38,127 nucleotides of DNA, from contig JBKJQQ010000004.1 of the NCBI GenBank assembly GCA_046593875.1, positions 1-38,127 on the forward strand. Reading direction: 5' to 3'. This document shows, piece by piece, positions 1 to 8,452 of this stretch; the first letter of the stretch is position 1; each line of letters opens with the position of its first letter. This stretch comes from Mycobacteriales bacterium (lineage in GTDB: Bacteria > Actinomycetota > Actinomycetes > Mycobacteriales > SCTD01). The notes beneath the pieces were generated by a model, which did no database searches, was not told where the DNA came from, and saw only the letters and a list, made by a program, of their open reading frames with translations. The translations under genes were made by a program, and so were the position numbers.

Positions 1-110
1 ACGGCACCACGCCCGCGAGCCTGACCCTGGGGTCGACGGCCGCGCAGTCGCAGACGACCTCCGACGGGCCGGCGTGGGACTCCCTGCACACCTTCGACTG
101 CGACGGCTGA
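1..110 (+). CDS. 3' end of an unidentified CDS entering from the left edge (ends ...SLHTFDCDG)
   Basis: The frame beginning at nt 3 is open up to TGA at 108-110. Every third codon position is G/C, which is the coding signature of this genome. It is not in the ORF track because it has no start in the window. Too short for a product call. Confidence 0.35.
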   Translation, partial: GTTPASLTLGSTAAQSQTTSDGPAWDSLHTFDCDG

Positions 111-246
111 CAGCCTGCCGGCGATCCCCTAGCGGGCACCTCGCCTGCGGGAGTCGCGAGCGCCCTCCTGGCTTCCGGTGTCGAGGGGCGGGCTCGAGGG
201 GTGGGCCCAGATCAGGCGCCGGGGGGCGAGTCCCAGACGCCGGCTG

Positions 247-468
247 TCCGCGTACTCCATCGTCTCGGATGTCATCCAGCCGTGCCCTACGCCGCACCCG
301 CACGGCGAGGTTGCGCTGGCCTGGGCCTGCTACCAGCAACTGCGCACGATCTACGGCGGCAGCGAGGCCATCAACATGCTCATCGAGGCGCAGCACTCGA
401 TCACGCCGCCGCCCACGACCAGGACGGACGCCGAGCGCCGCTCACCGTCGAGGAAGGACGGCGACTGA
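247..468 (+). pseudogene. Possible transposase C-terminal remnant (ISL3-like)
   Basis: The frame of ORF 178..468 has high GC3 and reads ...HPHGEVALAWACYQQLRTIYGG.... This resembles the xEVxxAWxxYQxLRxxY block I associate with ISL3/IS1557-type transposases. There is no credible N-terminus or start. It lies next to inverted repeats. Recognition is from memory only. Confidence 0.2.
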
Positions 469-554
469 CCTCAGCACGCGACGACAGCGGCACCTGCCGC
501 CTGCCCGGTGCCGCGGGAGGGCAAGTCAGCGCCGTGCCTCTCCTTCTCCGGCGC

Positions 555-685
555 GGTGATCGCACCCGCCAGGGTGCGGTCACCCAAGGACGAGGAACGT
601 CCGCTCATGCCGCGAGGGGCGTAGCGGTGGCGCCTTCGACGAGTCGCCGGCGGCCCGTGCATCCACCCTGGCGGGTGCGATCACC
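555..685. repeat. 131-bp unit bounded by a perfect 22-bp inverted repeat (MITE-like or IS-end-like, or a long hairpin)
   Basis: GGTGATCGCACCCGCCAGGGTG at 555-576 is the exact reverse complement of CACCCTGGCGGGTGCGATCACC at 664-685, with 87 bp between them. The 16-nt core recurs at 9848-9863. Confidence 0.85.
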
Positions 686-715
686 TGCACCTGCACCTGC
701 ACCTGCACCTGCACC
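682..715. repeat. Hexanucleotide microsatellite (CACCTG), about 5.7 copies
   Basis: Read directly: cacctg x5 followed by cacc. It starts inside the right arm of the 22-bp inverted repeat. Confidence 0.95.
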
Positions 716-754
716 GGGCAGCGGGCAGCGGGCAGCGGGCAGCGGGCAGCGGGC
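716..754 (+). repeat. Heptanucleotide microsatellite (GGGCAGC), about 5.6 copies; G-quadruplex-capable on the + strand
   Basis: Read directly: gggcagc x5 followed by gggc. This gives six GGG tracts with 4-nt CAGC loops. It abuts the hexamer array with no spacer. Confidence 0.95.
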
Positions 755-817
755 CAGAACGGGCAGGGCTTCTGCAAGGCTGCGCCGTCCCGGACCCGAC
801 GTCGGTGCGTACGCCGG

Positions 818-1774
818 TCAGGCGGGGTGTGTGGTCTCAGGCTGGCACGGCTGATTTTTATCTGCGGATTGCGGCCGAGTTGCGCGGGTCACGAACTCTT
901 GGACGGCGGCGCTGACCGCGGCAACCCCCTCGATGTCAGCGTGACCGACACCGGGGACAATAAAAAGGCGGGCCGTGGGTGCCACGGTGGCCAACTGGTG
1001 GGCGTCGGTGACCGGCACGACCTGATCCAGCTCGCCGTGGATGAGCAGGACGGGCATGGTCAGCGTCGGCAGGGTGGTCAGCGGGGCGAAGGCGGCGAAA
1101 CGCATCCCGATGGCGTGCTCGACGTAGCGCAGCGCGAGCCAACGGACGGCCCCCGGCAGGTGTGCGCTTAGCACAAGCCGGGTCATGACGGCGCGGGGCT
1201 CGGCCATGCAGGACAGGCTCACTACGCCGGCGACACCCGGGTCACGATGAGCCGTGAGCAGGCAGGCCCCCGCGCCGACGGAGTGCCCAACCAGGACGAT
1301 GCGGGCCGGGTCTACCAGCGGGTGAGCGCGCAGCCAACGCAACCCTGCCGCGACGTCCGCGGCGAAGTGCGGCATCGAGGTGATGGCGGAGTCGTCGCTG
1401 CGCCCATGAGAGCGAGCGTCCATCAGCAACGTGTGCAGGCCGGCCTCGCGCATCGGTGCCGCGAGCGGCACCATGTCGAGCGCGCTGCCGCCCCAGCCGT
1501 GCATGACCAGCGCGGCCGGGCCTGGCTCAAGTGCCGCTCCGCCGGTCAGGAACCATCCGCGCAGCCGGGCGTTGCCGGGCCCGGGCACACCGACGTCGAG
1601 CGCGCCCGGGACACCGCACAGCGCGGCGGTCCCTCGGCGCGCCCGGGGGCGCCCGAACCGGCCGCGGACATGACGGCTCCCGCTGATACCCAGAGCAGGT
1701 AGCACGATGAGGGCGGCAGCAAGGACGACGCCTGATCGCGTCGCCGTCGCCGTGCGTTGGTCGCCGATCCTCAC
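818..1774 (-). CDS. Alpha/beta hydrolase with an N-terminal membrane anchor
   Basis: Motifs: HGWGGS oxyanion region, nucleophile elbow GHSVGAG, C-terminal GVGHAD. Hydrophobic N-terminus GVVLAAALIVLPALG. I place the start at GTG 1774, which overlaps the upstream methyltransferase stop as GTGA. The ORF track extends to 1828. Confidence 0.8.
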   Translation of the reverse strand: MRIGDQRTATATRSGVVLAAALIVLPALGISGSRHVRGRFGRPRARRGTAALCGVPGALDVGVPGPGNARLRGWFLTGGAALEPGPAALVMHGWGGSALDMVPLAAPMREAGLHTLLMDARSHGRSDDSAITSMPHFAADVAAGLRWLRAHPLVDPARIVLVGHSVGAGACLLTAHRDPGVAGVVSLSCMAEPRAVMTRLVLSAHLPGAVRWLALRYVEHAIGMRFAAFAPLTTLPTLTMPVLLIHGELDQVVPVTDAHQLATVAPTARLFIVPGVGHADIEGVAAVSAAVQEFVTRATRPQSADKNQPCQPETTHPA

Positions 1775-2412
1775 TGACTCACGGACGCGCTGCTCTTGAC
1801 CGCGACGCCGAGGAACAGATGTCCCCATGGTCGGGCCAGTCGTGGACCACGCATCTGGTCAGTGCTCATGTCCTGGATCGCGAACCCGACATCGGCGACG
1901 ATCTGGTCGACCTGCCGGTCGAGGTTGCAGCCGCCGGCCACGTGCTGCTGGACCCCGTTGAGCCGGTGTTGCCAGCGAGCGGTGCGCGGCTCGGGGGACA
2001 GGCCGTGCTCGAGAAAGTGGAACCGGCCGCCGGGCCGAAGCACCCGGTGCAGTTCGCGTAGCGCGCGGGTCGGGTCCGGGATGGTGCACAGCGTGAACGT
2101 GCTCAGCGCCATGTCGGCAGAGTCGTCCGGCAACGGCAGGGATTGCCCGTCGAGGCCGACGAAGGTGATCGCTGCCGGTGCGGCCTCGACGCGGCCGGCC
2201 GCGAGCTTGCGGGCCACCATCGAGGGTTCCACGGCGTACACGGTGTGCACTGCCGTCGGGTACAGCGGCACGTTGAGCCCTGACCCGAAGCCGATCTCAA
2301 CGACCTCGCCCCGCAGCCCGGCGACCGCGCGTTCCCTGTGGCGTCGGACCACTCCGGTCCCCAGCGCCACGTCCGTCAGCCGGGGTAGAAGGTGTTCTGC
2401 CCAGATGTGCAC
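1771..2412 (-). CDS. Class I SAM-dependent methyltransferase (Methyltransf_11-like)
   Basis: SAM motif I VVEIGFGSGLN. Post-I/II region LRPGGRFHFLEHG. High GC3. Confidence 0.85.
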   Translation of the reverse strand: MHIWAEHLLPRLTDVALGTGVVRRHRERAVAGLRGEVVEIGFGSGLNVPLYPTAVHTVYAVEPSMVARKLAAGRVEAAPAAITFVGLDGQSLPLPDDSADMALSTFTLCTIPDPTRALRELHRVLRPGGRFHFLEHGLSPEPRTARWQHRLNGVQQHVAGGCNLDRQVDQIVADVGFAIQDMSTDQMRGPRLARPWGHLFLGVAVKSSASVSQ

Positions 2413-2469
2413 GGCCCTGTTCCTCTCTGTACGGCGCGAGCGGTCACCCGCTCGCTCACTGTGGGTTCT

Positions 2470-3054
2470 TCAGGTGTCGCGGCGATCGAGGGGGACGCCG
2501 CAGTTGACGCCGACGCCTTCCATCGCTGCTTCCAGGGGCACGTCGAGAGCGCTGGCGACGGTGGTCGTGTAGCGCATGAGCGCCACCGCTGCGACGATCT
2601 CGACGATCTCCGCGTCGGTCCATCCGATCTGGCGCAGGTCATCGGTCATCTGATCGGTGACGGCCGCCGGGCGCCGTCCGACGACCCGGGCGAAGTCCAC
2701 GGCGGCGTTGTCCTTGTCCGACAGTCGCGCGGAGGGCTTGCCTTCGATCACCTCGAGGCACTCCGCGCGGCTCCACTGCTTGCCGAGCAGGGCGAGCATG
2801 TGCGCGGCGGTGCAGTACTCACACTCCACCTCGTGCGCGGTGACTGCGAAGAAGACCCGCTTGAGCTCTTCGCGGATGGTGCCCTCGCTGGCTGTGGCCA
2901 GGCTCAGCGTCCACAGTGCGTCGGTCGTCTCTGGCAGGTGTCCCAGTCCCTTCTGCAGGCCCGGGACCATCTGGTAGTAGGCCTTCACGCGGTCGAAGAC
3001 GTCCTTGGTCTTTCCCGTTGCCTGGTCGGGCTCGATCAGTGCGGTGCGTGCCAT
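2470..3054 (-). CDS. Carboxymuconolactone decarboxylase / AhpD-like family protein
   Basis: AhpD-core signature CxxCxxxH, seen as ECEYCTAAH. Start moved to ATG 3054 (MARTALIEP...), which has a GAGGAG SD 6-7 nt upstream. The upstream part of the track ORF is R/P-rich junk. Confidence 0.8.
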   Translation of the reverse strand: MARTALIEPDQATGKTKDVFDRVKAYYQMVPGLQKGLGHLPETTDALWTLSLATASEGTIREELKRVFFAVTAHEVECEYCTAAHMLALLGKQWSRAECLEVIEGKPSARLSDKDNAAVDFARVVGRRPAAVTDQMTDDLRQIGWTDAEIVEIVAAVALMRYTTTVASALDVPLEAAMEGVGVNCGVPLDRRDT

Positions 3055-3107
3055 GGTGAAACTCCTCTGCGGTGATGGTGAGAGTGCGGGAAGGCTTGCT
3101 GAACCCT

Positions 3108-4037
3108 TTACGCGCAGGTTCCGTTCGGGGGGCCTGAGGCTGCGACGCCGCGGGAGGTGCTGCCGGTCTCGACGGGCAGGGCGGGGTCGGCGCCCCATTC
3201 CTGCCAGGACCCGTCGTAGAGGCTCACGTTCTCGTAGCCGAGCGGGTAAAGCACGAATAGGTCAAAGGCGCCGTAGGTGCCGGAGCCGCAGTAGGTGAGG
3301 ACCTGTTGGCGCGGGCTGACGCCGGCGTTTCGCCAGAGATCAGCCAGGACCTCGGCGGGCAGCAAGGTCTGGGAGAGCGGGTCCACGTTGTCGGGGGCGG
3401 GGACGTTGACGGCCGTCGGGATGTGTCCGGCCCGGTGGGTCGAGAACAGACAGGCGTCGCCGGCGTAGAACGGCGCCGGGAGCGCGTCGACGATGCACAC
3501 CTCAGCGCGCCCGATCCCCTCCTGCACCTGCTCGCGGGTCGCGCTGAGCTCACTTCTGCGGCGGGGGTGGAAGTGTGCCGGCTCGATCACCCTCGTGTCG
3601 GTCTGGATCTCCCGGCTCTCGGCGAGCCACGCGGTCAGACCACCGTTCAGGAGCTTCACCGCGTCGTGGCCGTAGTAGCGCAGTGCCCACCACAGTCGGG
3701 CAGCCCAGGTCCCGCCACGATCGTCGTAAACGACCACGGTGGTGTCGTCCCCGACGCCGAGCCGGCCCATCAAGGCCCCGAACCGCTCAGGGGACAGGAT
3801 GTTCCTCGGGACCGGGTCATCGGGATCGGCCAGGTCGGCCAGGACATCCACGAAAAGCGCCCCCGGGATGTGCCCTTCGTTGTACGCGTCGAGCCCCGAA
3901 GCACCGTGGAAGGTGCCGTCCGCGTCAGCACGGACCCCGTAGCGCAAGTCCACGATCCGCACTGTCGGGTCGTCCAGGTGCTCGGCCAACCACTGCGTGC
4001 TGGCGAGAACCTCGGGGTGCCGGTAGCCCCCGCTCAT
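3108..4037 (-). CDS. sseA: Two-domain rhodanese sulfurtransferase (3-mercaptopyruvate/thiosulfate sulfurtransferase type)
   Basis: Tandem rhodanese architecture. N-terminus is ...TQWLAEHLDDPTVRIVD.... The active-site loop CGSGTYG sits in the second domain. The start ATG overlaps the TetR stop (ATGA at 4035-4039). Confidence 0.85.
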   Translation of the reverse strand: MSGGYRHPEVLASTQWLAEHLDDPTVRIVDLRYGVRADADGTFHGASGLDAYNEGHIPGALFVDVLADLADPDDPVPRNILSPERFGALMGRLGVGDDTTVVVYDDRGGTWAARLWWALRYYGHDAVKLLNGGLTAWLAESREIQTDTRVIEPAHFHPRRRSELSATREQVQEGIGRAEVCIVDALPAPFYAGDACLFSTHRAGHIPTAVNVPAPDNVDPLSQTLLPAEVLADLWRNAGVSPRQQVLTYCGSGTYGAFDLFVLYPLGYENVSLYDGSWQEWGADPALPVETGSTSRGVAASGPPNGTCA

Positions 4038-4708
4038 CAGCGAACCACCCGCCGTGCCGGCGTAGCGGGATCGGTCCGCTTGCGCGGGGACGCCGGAGCC
4101 GCCTGCTCACTCCCCACGTAGGCGCAGATCATGTCGGCCATCGCCTCATGGAACTGCTCGGGGTCCACCGAGGCCGGCTGCGCCTGCCACTGCACGACCA
4201 GCCCGTCATTCAACGCCAGCAGCAGCCGGCACGTGCGGTCCACGTCCAGATCCGCACGCACCAGGCCCTGCATCTTCGCGTGGGACAGGAAACGTCCCAA
4301 TGCCGCGGCACAGTGATCGAACATCGTCGCTGCCGCGTCGCGCGCCCAGACGCTGCGGCTCGACAGCGCCCAGAACTCGGCGAACAGCGGCGACCACGTC
4401 GGGTCGGTGCGGCACGAAGACCACGACGAATCCAGAATGCACAAAATGCTCTCGCGGAAGGACAGCCCAGGTGCGAGCTGGGCTGCGGTCTCCGAGATCC
4501 GCCGGTTCACCTGCTCCAGCAGAATCGTCTGGAACAAGTTCTCCTTGCTGGTGAAGTGCCCATAGAGCGCGCCCTTCGCGATCCCGCACTCCGCCGTGAT
4601 CTCCTCGACCTTCGCCGCCTCATAACCACGACGAGCGAACACGACCGCAGCCGCGTCGAGGATCTTCGCGCGGGTCTGCTCCTTGCGCTGCTGCGGCAAC
4701 GTCGCCAT
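4037..4708 (-). CDS. TetR/AcrR family transcriptional regulator
   Basis: N-terminal HTH: RAKILDAAAVVFARRGYEAAKVEEITAECGIAKGALYGHFTSKENLF. Start set at ATG 4708 (MATLPQQRKE...). A perfect palindrome lies 36 bp upstream. Confidence 0.85.
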   Translation of the reverse strand: MATLPQQRKEQTRAKILDAAAVVFARRGYEAAKVEEITAECGIAKGALYGHFTSKENLFQTILLEQVNRRISETAAQLAPGLSFRESILCILDSSWSSCRTDPTWSPLFAEFWALSSRSVWARDAAATMFDHCAAALGRFLSHAKMQGLVRADLDVDRTCRLLLALNDGLVVQWQAQPASVDPEQFHEAMADMICAYVGSEQAAPASPRKRTDPATPARRVVR

Positions 4709-4743
4709 GCCCACGTCCTCGTCTCGACCCGATCCATCCGTAT

Positions 4744-4767
4744 GCCTGACTGACCGGTCAGTCAGGC
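4744..4767. promoter_or_regulatory. 24-bp perfect palindrome; candidate TetR operator
   Basis: GCCTGACTGACCGGTCAGTCAGGC is its own reverse complement. It lies 36 bp upstream of the TetR start codon, at the head of the five-gene operon on the minus strand. Confidence 0.6.
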
Positions 4768-5311
4768 TACAACGGCAGGCACCGAACGTCCACCCACTGC
4801 CGTTCTCCTCGGTGGGAGAGGCGGGTTGCGGATGACGGCGCTCCTGTTTTTTCGCTCCCGCGCAGTAGGACGAGCACCCGCAGCGGCGTAGGACGTCCGC
4901 CAGGCCCACCGGCCGGGTGGGACTTCTTGGCTGGCTTCCTCCAGGCCGTCAGAACAGCCCAGGCGCCGGTGGCGCGCAGCGTCATCGTGACGACCGGCAT
5001 TGTTAGCCCGGTGGCCCGCTGCCGGCCTGATAGTCGACGCGTTGAACATCAGGGACCAGTCCCGCCGAGGGCGACGACCGAGCCGCTCCCGGCCACTCAG
5101 GCCGGGACAAGCGGGTGCGGTGCCTTCTGCAACTGATCATGAGATAGATACAACTGACTCGTGATCCTGGGCCACTCCGATCTACGCTTCGTACAGATCT
5201 TCAGCGCTGCTCGCACCCGCCCCGGTGCGCCGGGGACGACCGGCCGGCGGCTGCTGGCCCCGCCTGTGGTCGGCGAGGACAGTCTTTTGCCCCTACAACG
5301 AGGTGGCAGAC

Positions 5312-6233
5312 ATGACTGGGCAGACTGATGACGCGCTGATGCTGATGGAGCGGGCCGTGGCTTCACGCGATCCGCTGGAACTTGCTCTGGCAGGGTTCCT
5401 GTCGGCCTACAAGGGCCGGACGTTCGACAAGCAACGCCGAGTCATCAAGCACTACGTAGACTGGTGCCTGCAGAACGACCTGCCGCCGCTGCAGGCGAAG
5501 CGCCCGCACATCGAGCTGTTCGTCCGCCGGGGCGAGACCCAGCCGTGGTCGGAGTCCTACATCTGCCAGCACTTCATCGGCGTCCAGTCCTTCTACAAGA
5601 CCTGCGTGCGCGACGACTTGCTGCTTCGAAACCCCTGCCGAGTTCGTGGCCGCGCCTCCCGTCAACGAGGAAGGTCAGCAGCGGACGTTCCTCTCGCCGC
5701 TGGAGTTCGCCGCCTTCCTAGATGCATCACGCAAGGCCGGACCGGTCGAGCATGCCGCCGCCGCGCTGATGGGCCTGTCCGGCCTTCGGGTCGCCGAGAT
5801 GTGCAGCCTGCGGGTCGAGTCACTGAGCCAGGACGGCGGCTACGACAGCCTCACGATCATCGGCAAGGGCGGCAAGCCCGCCGACATCCCGCTCCCGGTG
5901 CCGGTCATGCGCGCCGTCCACGTCGTCGTAGAGGGCCGCACGAGTGGGCCCCTGTTGCGCAACCGAGCCCGGGAACGCGCTGACCACTCTGGACGCCCGG
6001 CGCATGGTGAACCGCATCGCAAACACGGCCGGGTGCAGGCACATCACTCCGCATGGCCTGCGCCGCACCTCCTGCACCGCCGGGCTGGTCAGCGGCGTCC
6101 CGATGCGCGACATGCAGATCGCGTGCGGCACGCCGACCCCCGCACCACCGGCTTGTACGACATGGCCAAGAACAACAAGGACCGGCACGCCAGCCACCGC
6201 GTCGCGTCGTTCCTCGCCGGCATGACCGGGTAA
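5312..6233 (+). pseudogene. Tyrosine recombinase / phage-type integrase, disrupted by at least 3 frameshifts
   Basis: The N-terminal SAM-like domain is in frame 2 (MTGQTDD...LLLRNP). The catalytic domain continues in frame 0 (AEFVAAPPVNEEGQQRTFLSPLEF...GLSGLRVAEMCSLRV...). It then runs in frame 1 (GNALTTLDARRMVNRIANTAG.RHITPHGLRRT...MQIACG) and returns to frame 0 (HADPRTTGLYDMAKNN...). Shifts are near 5636, about 5970 and about 6128. R, HxxR, H and Y catalytic residues are all recognisable. Confidence 0.8.
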
Positions 6234-6354
6234 GCACTTCGGCTGGCGGGTGGCATCAGCGGCGTAGAGCCGGCGTTCGGTCCGACATAGAAGACGATGA
6301 CGTTGTGGTGGGCGCCTACCGGCGGGCTCGCTGCGATCGTGACGCTCAGGGTCG

Positions 6355-7020
6355 TCAGACCGTACGTGCGGTGGGGAGTGCGGCTGCGGCCCATTCCGGG
6401 AAGCCGTCGACCAGCCGTAGGGCACTTCGTCCAGCGGCCGATAGCCGGCGTACCGCGTCGTCGGCGTAGATGCAGTACGGCCCGCGACAGTAGGCAACCA
6501 CGACTAAATCCGCCGGCAGGTCCCGCAGCCACGGCTCAAGCTCGCCGGGTGGCACGTTGACGGCGCTCGGGATGTGTCCGGCTTCGTACTCAGCCGGCGG
6601 CCGCACGTCCAGCACGACGACGTCCCCCGCCCGGAGGCGGACGGCCAGTTCGTCGCGTCCGATGGTCGCCAGTTGCGTCCGGTCGCCGAGGTAGGCATCG
6701 GCAAGCTCGTCGAGCTGCGCTACGTGCTCGGCCGCGACGTCCCGCATCGCCCGCCACAGCGCGCCGACCTGCTCGCTGGCCAGCGAGTAGAACACCCGGG
6801 TGCCGTCCCGGCGGGTGCGGACCAGCCCGGCGCGCAGCAGCTGCTGCAGGTGCTGAGAGGTGTTTGCGACGCTCTGGTCGATCTGCCCGGCCAGGTCCTC
6901 GACTCGGCGCTCGCCCTGGGCGAGCACGTCCACGATCTCGGCACGCCGGCCGTTGCCGAGCGCCTTGGCGACGGACGCGAGCCCCTCGTACAGCGCATCC
7001 TTGGCGTGACGATCTCCCAC
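6355..7020 (-). CDS. ArsR/SmtB-family transcriptional regulator fused to a C-terminal rhodanese domain
   Basis: wHTH: VEDLAGQIDQSVANTSQHLQQLLRAGLVRTRRDGTRVFYSL. Rhodanese: VVVLDVRPPAEYEAGHIPSAVNVP...VVAYCRGPYC. GTG start with a GAGGAGG SD. Confidence 0.85.
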   Translation of the reverse strand: MGDRHAKDALYEGLASVAKALGNGRRAEIVDVLAQGERRVEDLAGQIDQSVANTSQHLQQLLRAGLVRTRRDGTRVFYSLASEQVGALWRAMRDVAAEHVAQLDELADAYLGDRTQLATIGRDELAVRLRAGDVVVLDVRPPAEYEAGHIPSAVNVPPGELEPWLRDLPADLVVVAYCRGPYCIYADDAVRRLSAAGRSALRLVDGFPEWAAAALPTARTV

Positions 7021-7030
7021 CCTTACCTCC

Positions 7031-7087
7031 TCAAGCGATCGTTTGACAATACACCTGACCGCTGGCAGTCTTCAAGTACTTACTTGA
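7031..7087. promoter_or_regulatory. Divergent control region with two related TCAAG...CTTGA-type palindromes (candidate ArsR-rhodanese operators)
   Basis: TCAAGCGATCGTTTGA at 7031-7046 has 14 of 16 positions symmetric. TCAAGTACTTACTTGA at 7072-7087 is 7-2-7 symmetric. TTGACA lies at 7043-7048. The region is flanked on each side by a GAGGAGG SD. Confidence 0.45.
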
Positions 7088-7105
7088 TGAGGAGGCGTGG
7101 CGGTG

Positions 7106-8452
7106 ATGGAGACGATTCCCGTGGTCGACGACGGCCTGGGCAACACGACCTGGTTGGTCGATCTGGGCGAGGGACGGGCGCTGGCGGTCGATGCCTCGCG
7201 TGACCTGCGTGCTGTGCAGCAGACGGTGCAGGCGCGGGGGCTCGAGATGGCCTTCGCGGCCGACACGCATCTGCATGCCGACTTCGTCACTGGGGCGGTC
7301 GACCTGGCGCGGTCCGGGGCGACGCTGCTCGCCTCGGCGGCTGGCGGTCGCGAGTACCCGCACACCGGCCTGCACGATGGTGACGAGATCGACCTGGGTG
7401 GCCTGACGCTGCGGGCGCTGGCCACCCCGGGTCACACCGACGAGCACCTGTCGTTCCTGTTACTGGACGGCACCCGTCCGCTCGGGGTGTTCACGGGCGG
7501 GTCGCTCATCGTCGGCGCCGCAGCGCGCACCGATCTGGTGAGTCCGGAGCGGACCGAGGAGCTGACGCGGGCGCAGTGGCGCTCGCTGCAGCGGCTGGTC
7601 ACGCTGCCCGACGACGTGCAGGTGTGGCCGACGCACGGCGCCGGCTCATTCTGCTCGGCGCCTCCCGGGGCGGAACGCAGCAGCACCATCGGGCGGGAGA
7701 AGGCGAGCAACGCGCTGCTGCGCGCCGGCAGCGAGAACGCCTTCGTCGCTGCGCTGCTGGGCGGACTCGGGTCCTACCCCGCCTACTTCCGCCGCCTGGG
7801 CGAGGTCAACCGGCGCGGCCCTGTCCCGGTGGACCGCGCCCCGACGCTGAGCGCGCAGACACCGCAGCAGGTCTCCGCCGCAGCCGATAGCGGCGCGCTC
7901 GTCATCGACGTCCGGCCAGTGACCGCGTTCGCCGCAGGACACATCGCCGCCGCCGTCTCCATCCCGTTGCGGCCGGTGTTCGCCACCTGGCTCGGCTGGA
8001 CCACCGGGCTCGAGACGCCGCTGGTGTTCGTCCGCGACGCCGGCCAGGACCCTGACGAGATCGTCTGGCAGGCGCGCAAGATCGGATACGAGAACCTCGT
8101 CGGCGAGCTCGACGGCGGAATGGCCGCCTGGTCGGCGGCAGGACTGCCGGTGCGGACCACCACTGTGCTCGGCGCCGACGAGCTGGACGGTCGAGCGATC
8201 GTCGACGTGCGCCAGCGCAGCGAGTTCGCCACCGGACACGTGCCCGAGGCCGCCAACGTCGAGCTCGGCGCGCTGGCCGAGGGCGCACCCGCTGACGTCG
8301 GAGCGGGCGTGGCCGTCATGTGCGGGCACGGGGAGCGGGCGATGACCGCCGTGAGCCTGCTCGAACGCGCCGGCCACGACGACGTCGCCGTGGTCGTCGC
8401 CGGGCCCGACGACTGGGCGCAGGCAACCGGCCGCGCCGTGGCCCAGTCGTGA
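7106..8452 (+). CDS. MBL-fold metallohydrolase fused to two rhodanese domains (persulfide dioxygenase-sulfurtransferase type)
   Basis: MBL motifs THLHADF (HxHxD) and TPGHTDEH. First rhodanese has no Cys in its loop (VFVRDAGQD). Second has the catalytic loop CGHGERA. ATG 7106 is preferred over the track start 7097 because the GAGGAGG SD ends at 7095. Confidence 0.8.
   Translation: METIPVVDDGLGNTTWLVDLGEGRALAVDASRDLRAVQQTVQARGLEMAFAADTHLHADFVTGAVDLARSGATLLASAAGGREYPHTGLHDGDEIDLGGLTLRALATPGHTDEHLSFLLLDGTRPLGVFTGGSLIVGAAARTDLVSPERTEELTRAQWRSLQRLVTLPDDVQVWPTHGAGSFCSAPPGAERSSTIGREKASNALLRAGSENAFVAALLGGLGSYPAYFRRLGEVNRRGPVPVDRAPTLSAQTPQQVSAAADSGALVIDVRPVTAFAAGHIAAAVSIPLRPVFATWLGWTTGLETPLVFVRDAGQDPDEIVWQARKIGYENLVGELDGGMAAWSAAGLPVRTTTVLGADELDGRAIVDVRQRSEFATGHVPEAANVELGALAEGAPADVGAGVAVMCGHGERAMTAVSLLERAGHDDVAVVVAGPDDWAQATGRAVAQS

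Noticed and set aside
682-754. Could the tandem repeats be a CRISPR array?
   Set aside because: The units are 6 and 7 nt with no spacers. These are microsatellites, not 24-48-nt repeats interleaved with unique spacers. No cas genes are in the window.
4770-5311. An intact tRNA or an att direct repeat to the left of the integrase, matching the tRNA fragment at 11227-11258.
   Set aside because: I found no tRNA-like sequence or shared string of 10 bp or more by eye. The island boundaries therefore remain hypothetical.
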